Assembly: GCA_036172095.1 (NCBI GenBank)
Contig: JAVHSH010000023.1
Span: forward strand, 957 to 64,956
DNA: 64,000 bases
Source of the DNA: Patescibacteria group bacterium
GTDB taxonomy: Bacteria; Patescibacteriota; Microgenomatia; UBA1406; GWC2-37-13
Reading direction: 5' to 3'
Below, one piece after another: positions 36,488-43,317 of the stretch (its first letter is position 1; each line of letters starts with the position of its first letter). The notes under the pieces are model-generated. The model made no database searches. It was not told the DNA's origin and saw only the letters and a list, made by a program, of their open reading frames with translations. The position numbers and the translations under genes are program-made.

Positions 36488-36493
36488 ATAACT

Positions 36494-37099
36494 ATGAACG
36501 AGAGAATTTGTGTCTCAAAAAAAAATACTTATTTTGGTCTCTTTATTGTCATAGTTGTCCTTTTTATTTTACTTACACAGCTCATCCTTAAAAGCAAACA
36601 AGCAAATACAAGTCGAGCTGCAGCTCCAAACATTTCTGTACCCGCGCTTAACGGACCGATGTGTTATTCTCAAAAAAAACAGATGTGTATGTATTCATCA
36701 TATGAAACGTCACCGGAAAACAAAAAAAGCATCGCCGCATTATCTCTCATTCTGAGAGGAGATGACAAAAAAACACTGGATGATATTTTGGTGAATGAAG
36801 GAAGCACTGATGGAGACCAGTTGGGAATTGTAAACTATTATTGGGTTGATGGAGTCCAAAAGCATGAGATTATTGCACAATACAGTCTAAAAGAAATCAA
36901 GGAAATGGGAACTCTTACTTTTTGGTTTGAACTAAATTCGAAACCCAAAATAAAGACTCTCTTGGAAAATAATGACAATTCATTTGAGATGTTTTATGTA
37001 CCTAGTAACGAACTACAAGTGCCAGCAAATCAGGCTTGCAGTGATCTACAAGACCGCTTTCCCAGCTCCTGTGTAACGATGCGCAGCACAATTCAGTAA
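36494..37099 (+). CDS. Hypothetical membrane-anchored/secreted protein
   Basis: N-terminal TM helix (YFGLFIVIVVLFILLTQLIL) followed by a ~165-aa Cys-containing domain. I recognise no family. Confidence 0.4.
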   Translation: MNERICVSKKNTYFGLFIVIVVLFILLTQLILKSKQANTSRAAAPNISVPALNGPMCYSQKKQMCMYSSYETSPENKKSIAALSLILRGDDKKTLDDILVNEGSTDGDQLGIVNYYWVDGVQKHEIIAQYSLKEIKEMGTLTFWFELNSKPKIKTLLENNDNSFEMFYVPSNELQVPANQACSDLQDRFPSSCVTMRSTIQ

Positions 37100-37104
37100 T
37101 CCTC

Positions 37105-37133
37105 TTGACAATATACTAGCATACTAGTATAAT
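37105..37133 (+). promoter_or_regulatory. Consensus sigma70-type promoter of the TrpR-like gene
   Basis: TTGACA (37105-37110), a 17-nt spacer and TATAAT (37128-37133). The ATG lies 7 nt after the -10 hexamer. Confidence 0.6.
37113..37130. promoter_or_regulatory. trp-operator-like element ATACTAGCATACTAGTAT
   Basis: Two ACTAG cores 8 bp apart lie inside the spacer and overlap the -10. This is the same core spacing as the E. coli trp operator as I remember it. Confidence 0.45.
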
Positions 37134-37140
37134 AGTGTCC

Positions 37141-37395
37141 ATGAATAACAGCTATTACAATTCACTTATTGACGCCATTTTGTCGCTCAAGACAAAAAAA
37201 GATGTAGATAGTTTTCTTGATGGGATTTTGACGCCAAAAGAACGGATGGAAATTCCGGTGCGTCTGCAAATAATAAAGCTCCTGAAAAAAAGGGTTCCTC
37301 AACACGAAATAGCGTCAACTCTGGGAGTTGGCATCGCTACTGTAACCCGCGGATCAAAAGAAATAGCTAAAGGCAACTTCACGAACTGGCGATAA
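37141..37395 (+). CDS. TrpR/YerC/YecD-family HTH regulator
   Basis: LIDAILSLKTKKDVDSFLDGILTPKERMEIPVRLQIIKLL...QHEIASTLGVGIATVTRGS aligns by eye with B. subtilis YerC and the Trp repressor family. The ATG at 37141 is preferred over the GTG at 37135. Confidence 0.7.
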   Translation: MNNSYYNSLIDAILSLKTKKDVDSFLDGILTPKERMEIPVRLQIIKLLKKRVPQHEIASTLGVGIATVTRGSKEIAKGNFTNWR

Positions 37396-37490
37396 GCCAC
37401 ACCTTCATCTCATATCTAACCTTCCAATTTTTCCTTGCCCCTCGAAGCTTTATCAAAGTGGGGAATTAATAATTTTTAATTTTAAATTAT

Positions 37491-38687
37491 ATGAACATTT
37501 ATAACCAACCAAACAATGAGGGTTTTTTTGGCAATTTTGGAGGAGCATTTGTTCCCGACCAATTGAAACAATCACTAGAAATACTTACCAATGAGTATTT
37601 GAAAATGAGAGATGATGCCACATTTCAAAACGAACTTAGTGAGTTGTATCGGACATATGCAAATAGACCAAGCCTTTTGTATTTCGCAAAAAACCTGACA
37701 AAAATTTCAGGCGGAGCAAAAATATATCTGAAACGCGAAGACCTTAATCACACAGGGGCGCATAAGATAAATAACACCCTAGGCCAAGCCCTTATCGCAA
37801 AACGTCTTGGAAAGAAAAAATTAATCGCAGAGACGGGCGCAGGACAACATGGTGTTGCTGTTGCAACTGTTGCTGCCCTATTTGGAATGGAGTGCGATAT
37901 ATATATGGGTAAACGCGATGTTGAACATGAAAAGCCAAATGTATATCGAATGAAAATCCTTGGCGCAAAAGTCATAGAGGTGACACAGGGACAACAAACG
38001 CTCAAAGATGCGGTTGATGCAGCTCTGACTGCGTACGTTACGGATCCAACGGTCTATTATTTGCTTGGCTCAGTAGTTGGCCCACATCCGTATCCTCTTA
38101 TGGTTCGTGATTTCCAAAAAGTCATTGGAGAGGAAATAAAAAAACAGATGCTCGATCAGGAAAATAAACTGCCCGATTATATCGTTGCATGCGTTGGTGG
38201 AGGAAGCAATGCGATGGGTGCTTTCTACGCTTCCATCAATGACGAAAAAACTAAGTTAATCGCCGTTGAACCAGCAGGTAAAGGAAGCGAAACAGATAAG
38301 CATGGAATTTCTCTTGGAAAAGGGACAATGGATGTGATTCATGGATTTAAAACACTTGTCTTACACAACAAGTCGGGGGCTATTGGAGAGTCATATAGCG
38401 CCGCATCGGGCCTTGACTATCCAGGTGTTGGACCAGAAATGGCCTATCTCAAGGAAATGGGAAGAATTGAGCTTGCCTCGGCAACCGATGAAGAAGCTGT
38501 TGCGGCATTTTCTCTTCTTTCAAAAAAGGAGGGAATAATTCCCGCTCTTGAAAGCGCTCACGCAGTTGCCTATGGAATGAAACTTGCGAAATCACTGGAT
38601 ACTGATAAAATCATTGTGATAAATCTTTCCGGTCGTGGCGACAAAGATGTAGAGTTCATATATAAAGAATTTTTCGCAAAAGTATGA
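37491..38687 (+). CDS. trpB: Tryptophan synthase beta chain (TrpB1-like), no trpA nearby
   Basis: LKREDLNHTGAHKINN (PLP Lys), ETGAGQHGVA, and GGGSNAMG. Confidence 0.9.
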   Translation: MNIYNQPNNEGFFGNFGGAFVPDQLKQSLEILTNEYLKMRDDATFQNELSELYRTYANRPSLLYFAKNLTKISGGAKIYLKREDLNHTGAHKINNTLGQALIAKRLGKKKLIAETGAGQHGVAVATVAALFGMECDIYMGKRDVEHEKPNVYRMKILGAKVIEVTQGQQTLKDAVDAALTAYVTDPTVYYLLGSVVGPHPYPLMVRDFQKVIGEEIKKQMLDQENKLPDYIVACVGGGSNAMGAFYASINDEKTKLIAVEPAGKGSETDKHGISLGKGTMDVIHGFKTLVLHNKSGAIGESYSAASGLDYPGVGPEMAYLKEMGRIELASATDEEAVAAFSLLSKKEGIIPALESAHAVAYGMKLAKSLDTDKIIVINLSGRGDKDVEFIYKEFFAKV

Positions 38688-38723
38688 GCGAATAGTCGCT
38701 TATAAGCGTACAATGTTATCCGT

Positions 38724-38729
38724 TATAAT
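38724..38729 (+). promoter_or_regulatory. Putative trpS -10 element
   Basis: TATAAT followed by 8 nt and the ATG at 38738. No convincing -35 element. Confidence 0.3.
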
Positions 38730-38737
38730 AAACACAT

Positions 38738-40192
38738 ATGATTTCACCAAACGTAAAACAATATTCAGTACAACTTGAAAAAATCGGCATAAAACATTCA
38801 ATTGTGGAACATCCTCATCTGGTTGCAGTTGAGGATGTGTTGAAATACTGCAAACTCACCTATGAGGATGGGGCATCGACTCTTGTGTTCAAAGTCGATG
38901 ATGGGTATATTTCAGTCATCCGGCGCGATGATTGTAAAGTGGACCTCAAAAAACTGCAACAAATAATTGGCTCTCAATTATTGCGAATGGCAACAAATGA
39001 GGAATTCACCCAGCTTACGAAACTGGAACCGGGTGCAGCACGTATCGTTATACCCGAAGTTAAGCAAACATATATAGACGAAAGAGTCCTTGAGCGGAAA
39101 TTTGTACAAGCCGGTTCAGGAAGTTTTACCTGCAGTATTCAATATCAGACAAATGATTTGGTAAAAATACCAAATAGTAAAGTTGTCTCGATTTCAGAAT
39201 TAGCGATAAAGGAACGGGTAAATAAATCGAACCGTGTATTTTCTGGGATCCGCGCTACGGGAAGATTGCATTTAGGTAACTATTTGGGAGCAGTCAAAGG
39301 AATGTTCGAGCTGCAAGAGAAATATGAAACAGTTTATATGGTGGTAGACACCCACACAATAACAACGCCATTCACACCCGATCTCTTAAGAAAGAACAAG
39401 AGAGAAATCATCGTCGATTATCTTGCTTCCGGTCTTGATCCTGAAAAAAGCATTATTACGTGCCAATCCATGGTGCCAGAACATACTGAGTTGGCATTTT
39501 ATTTTTCATCGGTCATGTCGATTGCGCGTATGCAGCATCTCCCGACGTTTAAGGATAAAATCAAACAACATCCAAATCATACCACGATGGCGCTTTTGAA
39601 CTATCCGATTCTTATGGCTGCCGATATTCTTATTTACAAGGCAGGGCTTGTCCCGGTTGGGATAGATCAAGAACCACATCTTGAAATCGCACGTGAAGTT
39701 GCAAGAAAAATGAACGAACAGTATGGAATGGATTTCCCGGAGCCAGTTCGCTTTGCGACAAAAGGAGAATATATCCCTTCTTTGAAGGGCGAAGGAAAAA
39801 TGAGCAAGTCCGTCGAAGGAAGTTATATTAACCTGACTGATTCGTCAGACGAAATCAAAAAAAAGATTCGTTCAATCCCATCAGCAACTGTTGCAGGCGG
39901 AGAAATGAGCGAAGGAGTAAAAACGCTCTTTACGTTTGCTCGATTATTTTTACCTGATGCACTTCAACAATATGAGGAACAGTTCCAGTCGGGAACGTTG
40001 AAGTTTGTTGAGATAAAAGATGCGGTTGCCGAGGCAATCTCAAAAGACCTTAAACCTTTGCAGGAAAAACGAAAGGAACTCGAAGCAAAGCCAGACTATG
40101 TTGATACTGTAATAAAGGAAGGTGCGGAAAAGGCACGTCTCATTGCAAGAAATACAGTGAATGAAGTTAAAAGTAAAATGGGCTTAGGATGA
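38738..40192 (+). CDS. trpS: Tryptophanyl-tRNA synthetase with N-terminal YbaK/ProX-like (aminoacyl-tRNA deacylase-type) domain
   Basis: Residues ~166-484 form a TrpRS core (FSGIRATGRLHLGNYLG, GIDQEPHLE, KMSKS). Residues 1-~150 align by eye with the YbaK/EbsC fold (K..L....I.H..VEH......STLVFK...VIRRDDCKVDLKKL....G....YID..V...). Confidence 0.85.
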   Translation: MISPNVKQYSVQLEKIGIKHSIVEHPHLVAVEDVLKYCKLTYEDGASTLVFKVDDGYISVIRRDDCKVDLKKLQQIIGSQLLRMATNEEFTQLTKLEPGAARIVIPEVKQTYIDERVLERKFVQAGSGSFTCSIQYQTNDLVKIPNSKVVSISELAIKERVNKSNRVFSGIRATGRLHLGNYLGAVKGMFELQEKYETVYMVVDTHTITTPFTPDLLRKNKREIIVDYLASGLDPEKSIITCQSMVPEHTELAFYFSSVMSIARMQHLPTFKDKIKQHPNHTTMALLNYPILMAADILIYKAGLVPVGIDQEPHLEIAREVARKMNEQYGMDFPEPVRFATKGEYIPSLKGEGKMSKSVEGSYINLTDSSDEIKKKIRSIPSATVAGGEMSEGVKTLFTFARLFLPDALQQYEEQFQSGTLKFVEIKDAVAEAISKDLKPLQEKRKELEAKPDYVDTVIKEGAEKARLIARNTVNEVKSKMGLG

Positions 40193-42114
40193 AAGATACG
40201 CAAAAACTCCGATTTGATGTGTTGGATGGACTGCGTGGGTTTGCTATGGTATTAGTTTTTCTAAATCATATTGATTCAATACCATTTGTTCAATCATTCC
40301 CAGAAAAAATTCAGCCATACATTCAATTCTTCTTTTCGAGCGGTAAAATTGGGATTTCCTTTTTTTTTATTCTCTCTGGTTTTCTCATGGGATATCTTTA
40401 TAAAAATCCACAACCAGCTAGTTTCATCAAAAAAAGATATGCGCGTATCTTTCCACCCTATCTGACTATGGTAGTTGCAATGACTCTTTTCCGTCAATAT
40501 CCTGAATTATCTTTGCTCCTCCGTATTTTGGTAATTGTAACCATTGCACTCTCTGTTCGAATAGTATGGACTCATGTTGTAGAAAAATTTAAATTGGGTC
40601 CAAAACTAATCACATTTTTTTTATTTATACAGGCAGTCACTTTTATTTGGTACGGTTTTTTTGTTATGAGAATGCCCGCCGCCTGGTTTGCAGGATTGCC
40701 ATTTTTACTCAGAGAAGGCACTATAACGGCCGCAAACGCAACACTCACTCTGCCACTTGGAGATTATCTTCCATTGATAGATGGAGTATATTGGAGTCTT
40801 ATCCCAGAAGTGCTCTTTTACCTCATATATCCATTCATATTTACTCCGCTCGTCAACAAGCTACACAATGGTCATAGACTTCTCAAAACCGCTTTTATTC
40901 TTTCGCTTTTTCCCTTTTTCTTAAGCTTATCTATCATGTTTAAGCATGTAAGGGGATTAGGGATGCTTTTTATTGAATATTTCCTCTATTTTTGCGCTGG
41001 TATATTAATATCAAGACTTGTCCATGAAAAAAAACCAACGATACAATTATGGGCTAAGTCTATTTTTAATCCATACTTATTTTTTTTGCTACTACTCATT
41101 GCGCATATAACTCAGTCATCCTATTCTGGAATTCAGAATACTGTAATCAAACTTCTATGGGTTATCCCTTTTGGGGTTATTGTATATTTCATTATCGATG
41201 AGACAACAAGTCTCCATAAATTTATTTCACATAAATTTTTTACATTTATTGGTACGATAAGTTTTTCAATGTATATCGTTCATACCTCAATGGTCGACGG
41301 GATGCATAATGTATTTAGACCAAAATTACCCATAACCAACATACTGTTCATCGTATCGACACTTATCATCACCATTGGCGTTTCATACTTACTACACATC
41401 ATTGTTGAACGTTTATATTTCAAGTTCAAGGAAGAGAAGTCAAAGGAGTTAAAGGATGTCGTTAAAAGACCTATTTATGTCCCTGTAATAATATTCTTAG
41501 GAAGCATTGTTCTTATTTTTTTTACTGCATATTCCTCACAATTCAATTTCTTTTCATTGCAGAAAAAGTATGACAATGTAATTCCCTCATCTATTTCCAT
41601 ACTCGACGAACCATATACTTTTTCCTTTACTGCGCAAGATGACAATATGGGGATCATTCTCGTCCATCTTACGAATGCTGTCGGAGATGCTTTACCAAAA
41701 TATGCGAAAAAAATTGATCCGAATAAACATCAGCGATTTCAAATACGAATGAAAGAGGTTGGAACGAATGAATGGTATGCATCTCAGGATACCGCTCCGG
41801 GAGAAATAGGAAACAGCAGTTCATACCCGTTTGGATTTCCAGTAATTCCCGATTCAAAAGGAAAGTCATATCTCGTTGAAATGTCTATGAAAGATATCGA
41901 TTATTCATCTAAAATTATTTTCAATAAGGACGCATATCAAATGACGACCGTACATCAAATTCCCAAGCAGACTCTTCTCAAAAATCCGGTCCAATTACTT
42001 TCACATCTGGGTGATAAATTTCAAACCATATGGACAAATCCTGAGGCCCGTCTCGTTGCATTATGCGTTATGCCTTTCTTTCTGCTTCTTTTTGTTTTAT
42101 TATATGTCTCATGA
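40189..42114 (+). CDS. Acyltransferase-3 family membrane O-acyltransferase with uncharacterised C-terminal extracytoplasmic domain
   Basis: FDVLDGLRGFAMVLVFLNH and about 10 TM helices, then a ~190-aa non-TM region (residues ~440-620) and a final TM helix. No SGNH motifs seen. Confidence 0.7.
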   Translation: MKDTQKLRFDVLDGLRGFAMVLVFLNHIDSIPFVQSFPEKIQPYIQFFFSSGKIGISFFFILSGFLMGYLYKNPQPASFIKKRYARIFPPYLTMVVAMTLFRQYPELSLLLRILVIVTIALSVRIVWTHVVEKFKLGPKLITFFLFIQAVTFIWYGFFVMRMPAAWFAGLPFLLREGTITAANATLTLPLGDYLPLIDGVYWSLIPEVLFYLIYPFIFTPLVNKLHNGHRLLKTAFILSLFPFFLSLSIMFKHVRGLGMLFIEYFLYFCAGILISRLVHEKKPTIQLWAKSIFNPYLFFLLLLIAHITQSSYSGIQNTVIKLLWVIPFGVIVYFIIDETTSLHKFISHKFFTFIGTISFSMYIVHTSMVDGMHNVFRPKLPITNILFIVSTLIITIGVSYLLHIIVERLYFKFKEEKSKELKDVVKRPIYVPVIIFLGSIVLIFFTAYSSQFNFFSLQKKYDNVIPSSISILDEPYTFSFTAQDDNMGIILVHLTNAVGDALPKYAKKIDPNKHQRFQIRMKEVGTNEWYASQDTAPGEIGNSSSYPFGFPVIPDSKGKSYLVEMSMKDIDYSSKIIFNKDAYQMTTVHQIPKQTLLKNPVQLLSHLGDKFQTIWTNPEARLVALCVMPFFLLLFVLLYVS

Positions 42115-43310
42115 TTCCGCTCGCTGAACAACTTCGCCCAAAGACGCTTGATGATGTCATCGGACAATCACATCTTGTCGGAAAAGGAAAACCTCTCAGA
42201 AAGATGTTGGAAAATGGGAAAGTGACATCAATGATTTTATGGGGACCCCCGGGATGTGGCAAAACAACACTAGCACGTCTTGTCGCTCAATACGTTGAAG
42301 CTGATTTCATCCAATTCTCTGCAGTGACTGGAGGCGTTGCCGAAATCCGTGAAATAATAAAAAAAGCAAAAGACGAACAGCAGCTATTCAAAAAACAAAC
42401 TGTTCTTTTTGTTGATGAAATCCATCGTTTCAACAAAAGCCAGCAGGATGCATTCCTTCCTCATGTTGAAGATGGCTCGATTATCTTAATTGGGGCAACA
42501 ACGGAAAATCCTGGATTTGAGGTAAATGCCCCCCTTATCTCGCGGGCACAAGTATATAAGCTTGAAGCGCTTACTGATGATGAAATAAAAAATATTGTCA
42601 TTCACGCAACCGAAGAATATAAAGGAAGGAAATGGGAAAAAGATGCAATCGCCCATATCGTAAAAAGCAGTAACGGCGATGCACGTACCGCAATCAATGC
42701 GGTGGAACTTGCCTCTTCATTTGGAAGAACGATAACGTTAAAAAGTGCTGAGGAAGCGGTTCAAAGAAAAGCTATCTATTATGACAAGAAGGGTGATTGG
42801 CACTACGATACGATTTCGGCATTCATCAAAAGTATGCGGGGCAATCAGCCTGATGCTGCTCTGCATTATTTATCGAGAATGATAAAAGCCGGAGAAGATC
42901 CGGTATTTATTGCACGTCGCATGGTCATTTTCGCAAGTGAAGATATCGGGAATGCACAGCCAACTGCTCTTGTACTTGCAACTGCATGTATGCAGGCAGT
43001 CCATATGATTGGGATGCCTGAATCCGGCCTTATTTTGGCACAAACAGCAACCTACCTCGCAACAGCAAAAAAGTCAATTGCGTCTTCGACAGGATTATGG
43101 ACAGCATTGTCAGACATCGATGAAAAAAACCTCGATCCAATCCCCCTTCACTTACGCAATGCATCAAATAAGGTGATGAAACAGTTTGATTATGGAAAGG
43201 GGCACGTGCGATACCCTTGGCTTGCGGAAAAGCAGACAGGACAAAAAGAAGAGCAGGATTACCTCCCCAAAAACCTGAAGGGCAAAAAATACTACCAAAA
43301 GGATTGGTAA
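42111..43310 (+). CDS. rarA: RarA/MgsA replication-associated recombination AAA+ ATPase
   Basis: LAEQLRPKTLDDVIGQSHL, GPPGCGKTT, VLFVDEIHRFNK and a MgsA C-terminal domain. The ATG at 42111 forms an ATGA overlap with the upstream stop. Confidence 0.9.
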   Translation: MIPLAEQLRPKTLDDVIGQSHLVGKGKPLRKMLENGKVTSMILWGPPGCGKTTLARLVAQYVEADFIQFSAVTGGVAEIREIIKKAKDEQQLFKKQTVLFVDEIHRFNKSQQDAFLPHVEDGSIILIGATTENPGFEVNAPLISRAQVYKLEALTDDEIKNIVIHATEEYKGRKWEKDAIAHIVKSSNGDARTAINAVELASSFGRTITLKSAEEAVQRKAIYYDKKGDWHYDTISAFIKSMRGNQPDAALHYLSRMIKAGEDPVFIARRMVIFASEDIGNAQPTALVLATACMQAVHMIGMPESGLILAQTATYLATAKKSIASSTGLWTALSDIDEKNLDPIPLHLRNASNKVMKQFDYGKGHVRYPWLAEKQTGQKEEQDYLPKNLKGKKYYQKDW

Positions 43311-43317
43311 TCAATTG

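Noticed and set aside
37396-37490. T-box leader, Trp riboswitch or attenuator upstream of trpB (and the 50-nt gap before trpS)
   Set aside because: The gaps are only 95 and 50 nt, far shorter than a T-box leader. I see no conserved T-box sequence and no Trp-codon-rich leader peptide. The only hairpin candidate (CCCC...GGGG around 37438-37465) is weak and interrupted.
38687-38708. Possible terminator after trpB (AGCGAATAGTCGCT hairpin overlapping the CGCTTATAAGCG palindrome)
   Set aside because: The stems are only 5-6 bp with no U-tract, which is too weak to call a rho-independent terminator. It might still be a protein-binding palindrome.
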